Below, piece by piece: positions 1 through 9,077 of a DNA stretch of 64,000 nucleotides. A program made the translations under genes and the position numbers. The DNA is taken from assembly GCA_050692555.1 (NCBI GenBank), contig JBOGVS010000011.1:8241-72240 (forward strand), given 5' to 3'. Positions within the stretch are counted from its first letter, which is position 1, and every line of letters starts with the position of its first letter. Below the pieces are notes generated by a model. The model was not told the DNA's origin, did no database searches, and worked only from the letters and a program-made list of their open reading frames with translations. Source of the stretch: Actinomycetota bacterium (lineage in GTDB: Bacteria; Actinomycetota; UBA4738; CALAEC01).

Positions 1-747
1 GTCCGAAACCGTCTGCCCGGCCGCCGCGGTGTCTTCGAAATAGGCCACCAGCGTGCGGTGGGCCTCCGGGGCCGGCACCACCCGGAGGGTGATCTCCGTG
101 GCGATCCCCAGCGTCCCCTCGGAGCCCACGAAGGCTCCCAGGAGGTCGTATCCCGGCGTGTCCAGCTCCTTGCCGCCCAACCGCACCGTCTCCCCGTCCG
201 ACAGGACGACCTGAAGGCCGGTCACGTAGTTGGTGGTGAACCCATGCTTGAAGCAGTGGGCGCCGCCGGAGTTCTCCGCGACGTTCCCCCCGATCGTGCA
301 GACGATCTGACTCGAAGGATCAGGCGGGTAGACGTGGGTGGGACCCACGGCCCGGTTCACCTCCACGTTGGTGACCCCGGGCTCGACCACGATCCGCTGG
401 TTGGCCAGGTCGACCTCCAGGATGCGCCGCATCCGTGACAGCGCGATGACCACGCCGCTCTCCAGGGGGAGAGCGCCTCCGGAGAGGCCCGTCCCCGAAC
501 CCCGGGCCACCCAGGGCACGCCGTCCTGATGGCATGCCCGGACGACCCGCCGGACCTCCTCCGCGGTGTCCGGGAGAACCACCACCCGGGGTACCACGCG
601 GTACTGGAGGAGGCCGTCGGACTCGTAGGTCTCCAGGGCGTGCCGGTCGGTGACGACCCGCTCTGCCCCACAGATCCTCACGAGTCGATCGATGAAGGGG
701 TCCACCATCGACGCCTGGACCGAACGTAGCACAGGCGAGTCTGCCAC
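1..747 (-). CDS. FAD-binding oxidoreductase (GlcD/D-lactate dehydrogenase-like). N-terminal part only; the 3' end lies beyond the window start
   Basis: Reverse-strand translation gives VADSPVLRSVQASMVDPFIDRLVRICGAERVVTDRHALETYESDGLL...VVLPDTAEEVRRVVRACHQDGVPWVARGSGTGLSGGALP, the classic FAD_binding_4 (PCMH) N-terminus of GlcD-type oxidases. The track broke this into short ORFs because the start is GTG. Confidence 0.75.
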   Translation of the reverse strand, partial: MADSPVLRSVQASMVDPFIDRLVRICGAERVVTDRHALETYESDGLLQYRVVPRVVVLPDTAEEVRRVVRACHQDGVPWVARGSGTGLSGGALPLESGVVIALSRMRRILEVDLANQRIVVEPGVTNVEVNRAVGPTHVYPPDPSSQIVCTIGGNVAENSGGAHCFKHGFTTNYVTGLQVVLSDGETVRLGGKELDTPGYDLLGAFVGSEGTLGIATEITLRVVPAPEAHRTLVAYFEDTAAAGQTVSD

Positions 748-759
748 CCGCAACCTCTC

Positions 760-1314
760 CTACTTCTCGACTCGGAAGCTGAGGCTGGTCCTCGCCCCGA
801 CCTCCTGCACGCCGATCTTCTCGAGCCGGACGTGCTCGAGACCCTTGTTGCCGAACAATCGGAGGCCGGCGCCCATCAGCACCGGCATGACATCGACGCG
901 CAGCTCGTCGACCAGACCGGCCCGCAGAAGCTGCTGGATCACGCTGATGCCACCGACCACTTGAACGGCCTTGTCGCCCGCGGCGACCGTGGCCTGGGCG
1001 CTCGCCGACTCGACGCCGTCCGTCACGAACGTGAACGTCAGGCGCTCGTCCTGCTTCGGGGCGACATGCGGTGGCTCATGGCTCAACACGAAGATGGGTA
1101 CCTGGAACTCGTAGTTGCCGACATACGAGTCCGGCTCCCCCATCTCGAACGCCCTTCTTCCCATGAGGACCGCACCTGTTTCTTCGATGGCGGCATCCAT
1201 GTAGGCGGTGCCGCGGAGTTCGGCAAGGTCGGGGTAGAGACGATCCACGCTGCCGCTCTGGTCGGCGACGAATCCATCCAGCGACATGGTCATTCCAGCG
1301 ATCACCTTTGCCAT
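760..1314 (-). CDS. dihydrofolate reductase family protein (RibD C-terminal domain type)
   Basis: 184 aa; MAKVIAGMTMSLDGFVADQSG...VMGRRAFE...FVLSH matches the RibD_C/DHFR-like fold family. Confidence 0.8.
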   Translation of the reverse strand: MAKVIAGMTMSLDGFVADQSGSVDRLYPDLAELRGTAYMDAAIEETGAVLMGRRAFEMGEPDSYVGNYEFQVPIFVLSHEPPHVAPKQDERLTFTFVTDGVESASAQATVAAGDKAVQVVGGISVIQQLLRAGLVDELRVDVMPVLMGAGLRLFGNKGLEHVRLEKIGVQEVGARTSLSFRVEK

Positions 1315-1397
1315 CGAGCCTTCCCCAAGTATGAGGTGATCGCCCGCCGGCCGTGACCAACTTCCGCTCCTCGCGGACGGGGGCCCGGCTCTGATCC

Positions 1398-1847
1398 ATG
1401 CCCGCCATTGTGCGCCGGGCGTCCCGAGCAGGAAGGACCGGCCCTCGGGTCGAGGAACCCCCTCCCGAGAGATGTAGGCTCCCGCCCGTGGCCATCGATC
1501 CTCAGCGCGAGGCGCGCAAGGCCCGGATCCTGATCCCCCTGGGGATCGTGATCATCTTGGCCTCGGCGGGGTTGCTGATCATCGGGATCCTCGCGGTGAC
1601 CGGCTTCGAGCTCGACTACATGTGGATGCTGTTCGTGGGGGGATTCGGGCTGTTCCCCGGGATCTTCATGACCGTGGCGGGCTTCCACGCCCGGGGGTCC
1701 GCGAGATACGCCGCGGGGACGGGATGGACCTCCCCGACGGGAGCGCCGATGACGCCGATGGCGGGCGGAACGGTCTGCTCGTCGTGCGGGAACCTGAACC
1801 CCGCCGGGGCCACGGTGTGCGGGTCCTGCGGTGCGAAGCTGGCCTAA
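1398..1847 (+). CDS. small membrane protein with C-terminal double-CxxC zinc ribbon. True start may be the internal GTG near 1488
   Basis: Two hydrophobic helices (ILIPLGIVIILASAGLLIIGILAV; LFVGGFGLFPGIFMTVAGF) followed by CSSCGNLNPAGATVCGSCG. Confidence 0.5.
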   Translation: MPAIVRRASRAGRTGPRVEEPPPERCRLPPVAIDPQREARKARILIPLGIVIILASAGLLIIGILAVTGFELDYMWMLFVGGFGLFPGIFMTVAGFHARGSARYAAGTGWTSPTGAPMTPMAGGTVCSSCGNLNPAGATVCGSCGAKLA

Positions 1848-2695
1848 GCTTCCCCCACCCCGGCGGAATCCCGGAGCGCTTCCAGGACCTCGTCGGACGA
1901 CGACGCCGCGTGGAGCAGGTCGAAGTCCACCCCCTCCGCCAGCAGGAGCTCGCGGAACGTCCGGAGGGCCCGGTCCCATCGCTCTCCCACGATCACCAGC
2001 GGCCGGGGTGATACCGACTCCGTCTGGATCAGGTTCCAGCACAACGCCACCTCCGAGAGGGTCCCCACCCCGCCGGGGAACGCCACCCATGCGTCGGCGT
2101 CGCAGATCAGCGGGAGGCGAGCGAACAGGTCCCGGGCCTCCACCTCGTGGCTCAGCCACCGGTTGACCGGGACGTCCTCCGAGAACGCGGCGATGGTCAC
2201 CCCGACCACGGTGCCGCCGGCCTCACGGGCTCCTCGGGACACCGCGGCCATCACGCCCAGGTACCCGCCGTTCACCACCTCCACGCCGCGCTCGCCGAGG
2301 AGTTGTCCCAGGCGCAGCGCCTCGGCGTGCTCCGGCTCGGTCTCGTCGATCCAGGCCCCGCCGAACACGGCAACGCGAGGACGCGGGCTGGCCTCGGTGG
2401 CCTTCTGGATCAACGGCACCGCCCGATCCCGGTCGCTCCGAACGGCCCGCTCGCCGGGCGCCGCCACCGCAACGGCGTCGTCCTCCGACGCCACACTCGC
2501 CCGCCGGGTCGCGGACGCCCAGAACTCCGCCGCCGAGGGGCCGATCCTGTCGACGGGATCGCGGAGCCCGGCGTCGGCGGGCAGCACGGACGCCACGCCC
2601 AGGCCTTCGAGCCACTGTCGGTCGTCGAGCGCGCGCTGCCGGTCCTCGGTGGCCACCACGGCCCCGGCGCCGCCGGGACCGATCACCGCCCTCAT
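1844..2695 (-). CDS. LOG-family / TIGR00730 Rossmann-fold protein (cytokinin riboside 5'-monophosphate phosphoribohydrolase-like) with ~100-aa N-terminal extension
   Basis: Motifs VAVFGG...GGYLGVMAAVSRGAREAGG...AFPGGVGTLSEV match the LOG/lysine-decarboxylase-like family. Confidence 0.75.
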   Translation of the reverse strand: MRAVIGPGGAGAVVATEDRQRALDDRQWLEGLGVASVLPADAGLRDPVDRIGPSAAEFWASATRRASVASEDDAVAVAAPGERAVRSDRDRAVPLIQKATEASPRPRVAVFGGAWIDETEPEHAEALRLGQLLGERGVEVVNGGYLGVMAAVSRGAREAGGTVVGVTIAAFSEDVPVNRWLSHEVEARDLFARLPLICDADAWVAFPGGVGTLSEVALCWNLIQTESVSPRPLVIVGERWDRALRTFRELLLAEGVDFDLLHAASSSDEVLEALRDSAGVGEA

Positions 2696-2702
2696 CCGCG
2701 AG

Positions 2703-4148
2703 CTACGCCGCGCGGATCCCGGGGCCGGCCGTCCCGCCGGTCAGGCTGAATGCGTCCATCCCTTGCCGCCGGAGGTCGTGGGCCACGGCCTCCGACCGGT
2801 TCCCGTGGGTGCACACGAACACGTAGGTCCGGGAACGGTCCAGGCCCGGAGCCCAGTCGCCCACCCGGCTGAACGGCAGGCGGAGGTGGCCCACGGTTCC
2901 ACCCTCCTGAGGCTCTCGGACGTCCACGATCACCGCGCCATCGGGCACCACTTCGACCACGTGCGCCGGCGGTGGGCCGGGCACCCAGGCCGTGAGGTCC
3001 ACCGTCTGGCGGCTCTCAATCGCCGACACCAGGAAGGACTCGTCGAGCGCACCCTCCGCCCCGACCACATCTCGAAGGCGTGCCGCGGTCTCCACCCGTC
3101 CGGTGGCGATGTCGCAGTGCTCCTGGACCCGCTCGGATGCATCGTGGGTCCCGATGGCCCGGGCCCGGCGGAGGATCTCCTCCTTGTCCATCCCGATCAG
3201 TGGCCGGAGCACCGGCATGCCGATGGACTCCTCGGCGACGGCGAGGTTGTGCAGCGTCTGGGTGGACACCTGGCCGAGAGACTCTCCGGTGATCAGGGCC
3301 TCGGCCCCCACCGCCTCCGCCGCCAGGGTCCCGGCCCGGTACATGGCCCGCTTCAACACCACCTGACGGATCGAGGAGGCCACCCGGGCGCGCAGCGCCG
3401 CCACCACCGGCGCGAGGTCCACCACCTGGGCCCTGGGCTCACGGCCCGGCGACCACCGGGTGACCAGGTCGCGGGCCACGGTGAGCGCGGCGTCGACCTG
3501 CCCACACCCCCCCAGATCGAAGACCAGGAGCTCCAGGGCGATCCCCCGGCGCATGGCCATCCACGACGCCACCGGCGAGTCGAACCCGCCGGAGAACAGA
3601 GCCACGGCCTTCCCGCCGGTGCCCAGAGGGAGCCCGCCGGCCCCGGGCGCCGCGTCCAGCACCACGTACGCCAGGTCGTCCACGATCTCGAGCCGAACCT
3701 CGACGGCGGGGTCGTCGAGATCCACACCGGCCGAGCCGGGAAGCAGCGCCGTCCCCAGCGCCACCGCGACATCCGGCGAGCGGAACGGGTGCGTTCCCGA
3801 CCGCTTCACCCGGACGGCGAAGGTCCGGCCGGCTACCCGGTCCCGGTTCAGAGCCGCGACCCGGTCCACCAGCTCGTCGAGGGAGCCGAACGGCACCACG
3901 GCGACCTCGGAGACCGAATGGAGTCCGAACACCCTGCCGAGGACCTCCATGGCCCCGGGGCGGTCCGGGGTCCGGGCGAACAGCCGGCTCCACCGGGCTT
4001 CGACTTCACCGGGCACGCCGGCTCGCGTGAGGGCCTTGCGGGCGTTGGCGGACAGCACCCGGAGGAACCGCCGCCGGGTCCGGGCCGACTTCGTCCCCAG
4101 CTCGCCGGCGATCTTCAGCATCAGGATCCGTTCGTCCACGGATCCCAT
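2703..4148 (-). CDS. thiI: tRNA 4-thiouridine(8) synthase ThiI with C-terminal rhodanese domain
   Basis: 481 aa; THUMP-like N-terminus, PP-loop SGGFDSP, and a C-terminal rhodanese with catalytic Cys (FVCTHGNRS). Confidence 0.9.
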   Translation of the reverse strand: MGSVDERILMLKIAGELGTKSARTRRRFLRVLSANARKALTRAGVPGEVEARWSRLFARTPDRPGAMEVLGRVFGLHSVSEVAVVPFGSLDELVDRVAALNRDRVAGRTFAVRVKRSGTHPFRSPDVAVALGTALLPGSAGVDLDDPAVEVRLEIVDDLAYVVLDAAPGAGGLPLGTGGKAVALFSGGFDSPVASWMAMRRGIALELLVFDLGGCGQVDAALTVARDLVTRWSPGREPRAQVVDLAPVVAALRARVASSIRQVVLKRAMYRAGTLAAEAVGAEALITGESLGQVSTQTLHNLAVAEESIGMPVLRPLIGMDKEEILRRARAIGTHDASERVQEHCDIATGRVETAARLRDVVGAEGALDESFLVSAIESRQTVDLTAWVPGPPPAHVVEVVPDGAVIVDVREPQEGGTVGHLRLPFSRVGDWAPGLDRSRTYVFVCTHGNRSEAVAHDLRRQGMDAFSLTGGTAGPGIRAA

Positions 4149-4179
4149 CGTAGCGGAGGAAGCCGGCCCCTCTTCCCGA

Positions 4180-5374
4180 CTACGCCGGGCCCCCGCCGAG
4201 GGTCTCCCGGAAGGGAACGTCCTTGTCCGGGCGGGGGTCTCGGGGCATGCCCAGAACCCGCTCGGCGATCAGGTTGCGCTGGACCTCGTCGGTGCCGCCC
4301 CCCAGATGGAAGGCCTTGCTCCCCAGAAGGGCCCTCTGGATCCCCTCGTGGCCCCCGATCATGCCCAGGGAACCGAGGATCCCCACGCCGACCGTGGCGG
4401 AATCGGTGACCAGGTCGGCCAGCACCAGCTTCATGATCGACCCCTCGGCATCGGGGATCTGGCCTTGCGCCAGCTTCGACAGGATCCGCTCGTTCAGGAA
4501 CTCCAGGATCCGGTTCTGGGTGTACACCCGCGACAGGGCCTGCCGGGTCAGGAACTCGTCCCCCGGACGGTCCCGGGCCAGGTCCACCAGGCTCTCGAAT
4601 GGAACGGCAAACCCCGCGGTGGCGGCCCCCAGTGAGACCCGCTCGTGCATCAGCGTGGTGACCGCCACCTTCCACCCTTCGCCGGGCTCGCCGACCCGGT
4701 TCGCGTCGGGGACACGGACCTCGGAGAGGAACACCTCACTGAAGTGGGACCCCCCGTCCATCTGGCGCAGGGGACGGACATCGACGCCGGCGCCGTGCAT
4801 GTCGACCAGCAGGTAGACCAGCCCTCGGTGCTTGGGCACATCGAAGTCTGACCGGGCCAGGAGGATCCCCCAGTCGGCCTCGCCGGCCCCGGAGCTCCAC
4901 ACCTTCTGTCCGGTGACCACCCAGTCATCGCCGTCACGCACGGCGCGGGTGGTGAGGGCGGCTAGGTCGGACCCGGCTCCCGGCTCTGAGAACAGCTGGC
5001 ACCAGATCTCGTCGCCGCGGAGCATCGGTCCCAGGCACCGGTCCTTCTGCTCCTCGGTCCCGTGGGCGATGATCGTGGGCCCGGCCATCCCGAACCCGGG
5101 AACGTTGAACGGGAAATTCGCTCGGGCCCGAGCCTTCTCCTGTTGCCACACGGCCGACTCCACCGGGCCGAACCCTCGCCCCCCGTGCTCCACCGGCCAC
5201 GCCGGAGCGCCCCAGCCGCCGTCGGCCAGCGTGCGCTGCCAGGACCGCTGCTCCTCGAGTGTGGGCTCCCGGCCTTCGTCCAGCCCCACGCTCCGTTTCC
5301 ACGCCGGGAAGTGCTCCTCGAGCCAGGCCCGGGCCTCGGCCCGGATGGCCGCGTGCTCCGGGGACTCCCTCGAC
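4180..5374 (-). CDS. acyl-CoA dehydrogenase (FadE; ChsE-type partner). GTG start overlaps the upstream ltp2-like stop by 4 nt
   Basis: ACAD motifs ...LFSEPGAGSDLAALTTRAVRDGDDWVVTGQKVWSS...GGTDEVQRNLIAERVLG. The track ORF (702 aa) is over-extended upstream; the real start is V-R-S-R-E-S-P. Confidence 0.85.
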
Positions 5375-5375
5375 C

Positions 5376-6542
5376 TCACGGCCGGTCGACCCCCAGGACC
5401 AGCCCGCTGGTGGGCACCCCGACCCCGGCCGTCACCAGGGCGTGCTCCACGCCGGGAACCTGGTTCACGGCCGTCCCCCGAACCTGACGGACCCCCTCCA
5501 CGATGCCGTTCATCCCGTGGATGTAGCCCTCGCCGATCTGCCCCCCGTTGGTGTTGACCGGCAGTCGTCCCCCCGGGTCGATGTAGCCCTCCCGAACGAA
5601 GCCCGGGGCCTCGCCGCGGCCGCAGAACCCGAACGCCTCCAGCTGCATGAGCACGAAGGGGGTGAAGGGGTCGTAGATCACCGCGGTCTGCACGTCCTCC
5701 GGACCCAGCCCCGCCTCCGCCCACAGCCGCCGGGCCACCAGCTCCGCCTCCGGCAGGCCGGTGAGGTCGTCGCGGTAGTAGCTGGTCATCTCCTCCTGGC
5801 CCTTCGCGGAGCCCTGCGTCGCGGCCCGGATCACCGCCGGCGGATTGGGAAGGTCCCTGGCCCGTTCCGCGCTGGTGACCACCACGGCCGACGCGCCGTC
5901 GGTCTCTTGGCAGCAGTCCAGCAGGCGAAGGGGCTCGACGATCCACCGGGACGACCGGTGGTCCTCGAGGGTGATCGGCTTCCCGTGGAACCACGCCGCG
6001 GGGTTGGTGGCGGCGAAACGGCGGTGGGACACGGCCACCCGTCCGAGGTCTTCCTCGGTGGCGCCGTAAGCGTGCAGGTACCGCCGGGCGAACATGGCCA
6101 CCCAGCCGGCCGGGGTGGTCAGCCCGAACGGGATGTACCAGCTGTAGTGGATCGTCGAGGCCGTCGGCTTGGAATGGGTGCTGGTCCCGAACCGTCTCCA
6201 GGAGCGACCGTTGAGAGCCCGGTAGCACACCACCACGTTCGCGGCCCCGGTGGCCACGGCCATGGCGGCCTGGTGGACGGTGGCGCACGCCGCCCCCCCG
6301 CCGTAATGGACCCTGCTGAAGAACGTGAGGTCGCCGGCCCCCACGGTCCTGGCCACCTCGATCTCCTCGTTCGTGTCCATCGAGAACGTCACCAGGCCGT
6401 CGACCTCGGAAGGGTCCAGGCCGGCGTCGTCCAGGGCGGCGGAGACCGCCTCGGCCGCCAATCGGAGCTCGGAGCGGCCGGAGTCCTTGGAGAACTCCGT
6501 GGTCCCCACCCCGGCGATGGCCGTCCGGCCGGAGAGGTTCAT
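5376..6542 (-). CDS. ltp2: thiolase-like lipid-transfer protein (SCP-x type; Ltp2-like retro-aldolase/thiolase)
   Basis: 388 aa; MNLSGRTAIAGVGTTEFSK... non-canonical thiolase fold typical of Ltp proteins. Directly downstream of MaoC/DUF35 genes, as in the mycobacterial igr operon. Confidence 0.75.
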   Translation of the reverse strand: MNLSGRTAIAGVGTTEFSKDSGRSELRLAAEAVSAALDDAGLDPSEVDGLVTFSMDTNEEIEVARTVGAGDLTFFSRVHYGGGAACATVHQAAMAVATGAANVVVCYRALNGRSWRRFGTSTHSKPTASTIHYSWYIPFGLTTPAGWVAMFARRYLHAYGATEEDLGRVAVSHRRFAATNPAAWFHGKPITLEDHRSSRWIVEPLRLLDCCQETDGASAVVVTSAERARDLPNPPAVIRAATQGSAKGQEEMTSYYRDDLTGLPEAELVARRLWAEAGLGPEDVQTAVIYDPFTPFVLMQLEAFGFCGRGEAPGFVREGYIDPGGRLPVNTNGGQIGEGYIHGMNGIVEGVRQVRGTAVNQVPGVEHALVTAGVGVPTSGLVLGVDRP

Positions 6543-6955
6543 GCCGCCCCCGCTGCGAACGTCAGGTGCACCTTGGCCGAGACGTGCTCGCCGAGGTCGT
6601 TGGCGCCGCGGACCTCGACGTCCACCTCGTCTCCCTCCACCGCGGTCACCCGGCCGGTCATCCGCATGGTGTCCCCGGGGTAGTTGGGAGCCCCCAGGGA
6701 CAGAGACACCTTCTTGAGGATGGCGTCCGGGCCCGCCCAGTCGGTCACGAACCGGCCCACGAAGCCGTTGGTAGTGAGGATGTTCATGAACACGTCCCTG
6801 GCTCCCCGGGCCCGGGCCAGGCCGGGGTCGTGGTGCACGTCCTGGTAGTCCCGGGAGGCGATGGCCCCCGCGACGATGAGGCCGGTGGTGATCTCCACGG
6901 TGAGCGGTGGGAGCTCGTCGCCCACCCTGGCCTCCGGGCGCGCCGGCCCGCTCAT
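6539..6955 (-). CDS. chsH1: MaoC-like hot-dog enoyl-CoA hydratase subunit (ChsH1-like)
   Basis: 138 aa hot-dog fold (ARDYQDVHHDP...). ATGA overlaps with both neighbours. Confidence 0.75.
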   Translation of the reverse strand: MSGPARPEARVGDELPPLTVEITTGLIVAGAIASRDYQDVHHDPGLARARGARDVFMNILTTNGFVGRFVTDWAGPDAILKKVSLSLGAPNYPGDTMRMTGRVTAVEGDEVDVEVRGANDLGEHVSAKVHLTFAAGAA

Positions 6956-8061
6956 CCCTTCCTCATCTCCGCTCCCAGCCGAGCCAGGTGCCGGTTGGCC
7001 CCGCCAAGGGTCAGCTCAACCAGCTTCGACCACCGGGTGTAGCGGTACAGCGGATACTCGACATCGACCCCGATGCCGCCGTGGAGATGCTGGGCAGCGG
7101 CCAGGACCCGCTGCCCCGCCTCGGCGGCCCAGAACTTGGCTACGGCGACGTGCTCGGCTGCGGGCAATCCCTCCGACAGCCGCCACGCGGCCTCCCACAT
7201 CGTCCATCGCATGGCCTCGACGTCGATGTACGAGTCTGCGGCGCGCTGCTGCACGGCCTGGAAGCTGGCCAGAGGCCGCCCGAACTGCTCGCGGCCGGTG
7301 GTGTACTCGGCGGTCAGGTGAAGAGCTCGCTCCGCCAGCCCCACCTGGAGGGCACACAGCCCCACCGTGGCTCGCTCCGAGATCCACGTGGCGGCGGCGG
7401 GATCAGTGCCCGGCGCCGCGAGGCTCTCGCCATCCGCTCCGCTCAGCGTCAGCTCGAATCTCGGCTCGCCGCCGGTGGCCTCCTGCCGGACCAGGGAGAC
7501 CCCGGAGCCCCCCGGGTCGACCAGGAAGATCCCGGTGTGACCTTCGGCGGTCCGGGCGGGGACCAGAACCCCGGCAGCCACGTGCGCCGCGGGGACCATG
7601 GACACCGTTCCGTCAAGAAGCCACGAGGATCCGTCGCGGCTCGCCGACACCAACACCGGCGCGGGATCCTCTTCCTCCGGTTCGGCGAGCGCGGACGTGA
7701 GGATGACATCGCCTCGAGCGACCCCCGGGAGGAGCCGGCCTCGCTGCTCGTCGGTGCCGAAGGCGACGACAGGGAGCGCACCGAGGACCAGAGCCGGCCA
7801 TACCGGGACCGGGGCCACGGTCCGTCCGACCTCCTCGAGGAGGAGGCAGGCCTCCAGGATCCCTCCGCCGGAGCCGTCGTGCTCCTGGGGGACGGTGATC
7901 CCCAGCAGACCGGCCCTGGCCAGCTCGGCCCACAGGGCCCGGTCGAACCGTTCGGGGCCGGCCTCCACCTCTCGCAGCCGGGCCGGCGTGACCTCCGCCT
8001 CCAGGATCTTCCTGGCCAGATCTCGAAGGGCCTCCTGTTCTTCGGTGAACGACAGATCCAT
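6952..8061 (-). CDS. acyl-CoA dehydrogenase (FadE; heteromeric ChsE-type subunit)
   Basis: Real start MDLSFTEEQEALRDLARKILE...; ACAD C-terminal motifs FGRPLASFQAVQQRAADSY, HGGIGV. Confidence 0.85.
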   Translation of the reverse strand: MDLSFTEEQEALRDLARKILEAEVTPARLREVEAGPERFDRALWAELARAGLLGITVPQEHDGSGGGILEACLLLEEVGRTVAPVPVWPALVLGALPVVAFGTDEQRGRLLPGVARGDVILTSALAEPEEEDPAPVLVSASRDGSSWLLDGTVSMVPAAHVAAGVLVPARTAEGHTGIFLVDPGGSGVSLVRQEATGGEPRFELTLSGADGESLAAPGTDPAAATWISERATVGLCALQVGLAERALHLTAEYTTGREQFGRPLASFQAVQQRAADSYIDVEAMRWTMWEAAWRLSEGLPAAEHVAVAKFWAAEAGQRVLAAAQHLHGGIGVDVEYPLYRYTRWSKLVELTLGGANRHLARLGAEMRKG

Positions 8062-8092
8062 CAGACGGCCCCCTCCGGGGCCACGCCCCGCA

Positions 8093-9076
8093 TCAGCCGT
8101 CCTTCCTCGGCCGGAACACCGGCACGGCCAGGTCTTCGTCCACCCCAACGAACGTCACCTCGACCGGCATCCCGATAGTCACCTCGGCGGGATCCACATC
8201 CACGACGTTGGACACCAGCCGGGTGCCCTCCTCGAGCCCAACCAGTGCCACCACGAACGGGGGCTCGAATCCCGGGATCGGCGGGTGGTGGTGGACCACG
8301 AAGCTGTAGACCTCCCCGCGGCCGGAGGCCCGGACGGTGTCCCATTCCGTCGACCGGCAGCGGGGGCACATGGGGCCGGGCGGGTGCCGGAGCTCGCCGC
8401 ACGACGAGCACCGCTGGATGAGGAGCTCGCCCCGAGCAGCGCCCTGCCAGAAGAACTCGGTGTCCTGGTTCATCGCCGGCCGGGGACGCCGCTGCGCGAC
8501 CTCGGTCCCATCGGTACGCTGGGCGCCGTCGCCCGGGCGGAACTTGAGCAGGCCCAACACCTGCGTGCCCACCACGTCGCCGCGCTGGTCCGTGTACCTG
8601 ATCCGGGTGGTGACGAAGTGACCGGAGCCCAGTGCCGTGCGCTTCTCCTCCGACACGTCCTCGACGATCGTGGTGGCGGTGATGGCGTCACCTGGACGGA
8701 GGTACCGGACGTATTCCTGCTCGGAAGACACGGCCACCACCGAGGTGAACCCCGCCTCGTCGAGGACCTCGAGTAGGCGGGGCATCGGAGCCCCCGGCCC
8801 CGGCCCCCCGTTCACGAACCCCCGCATGGTCCAGGCCTGGAGCATGGTGGGCGGGGCCACAATCCCGCCGTGGACCGACCGGGCCGCGACGTCCGCATCG
8901 GTGTACAGGGGGTTTCGGTCACCGACGGCGTCGCACCAGTGCCGGATCATGGCCTCGTTCACCGGGTCCCTGGCCACCAGCGGAGAGCCGGCCTCCTTCC
9001 CCACGAACGACCGGAGGCGGTCCAGGAACGCGGCGTCCTGGGGTTCGGCCCGGGTAGCGGCCCCGGTCTCGCTCAC
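8093..9076 (-). CDS. chsH2: MaoC-like hydratase N-domain fused to DUF35 OB-fold/zinc-ribbon C-domain (ChsH2-like)
   Basis: N-terminal hot-dog region, then C-terminal CSSCGELRHPPGPMCPRCRS...GEVYSFVVHH...GMPVEV typical of DUF35 (ChsH2 architecture). Confidence 0.8.
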   Translation of the reverse strand: MSETGAATRAEPQDAAFLDRLRSFVGKEAGSPLVARDPVNEAMIRHWCDAVGDRNPLYTDADVAARSVHGGIVAPPTMLQAWTMRGFVNGGPGPGAPMPRLLEVLDEAGFTSVVAVSSEQEYVRYLRPGDAITATTIVEDVSEEKRTALGSGHFVTTRIRYTDQRGDVVGTQVLGLLKFRPGDGAQRTDGTEVAQRRPRPAMNQDTEFFWQGAARGELLIQRCSSCGELRHPPGPMCPRCRSTEWDTVRASGRGEVYSFVVHHHPPIPGFEPPFVVALVGLEEGTRLVSNVVDVDPAEVTIGMPVEVTFVGVDEDLAVPVFRPRKDG

Positions 9077-9077
9077 C

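Noticed and set aside
4149-4179. Possible KstR box upstream of the leftmost fadE / downstream of thiI
   Set aside because: There is no TnnAACnnGTTnnA match. The fadE is translationally coupled to upstream genes, so it needs no own promoter.
2163-4409. 748-aa plus-strand ORF rich in Arg/Pro/Gly, overlapping thiI
   Set aside because: It is antisense to a well-supported thiI gene and has low-complexity composition, typical of spurious long ORFs in ~70% GC DNA.
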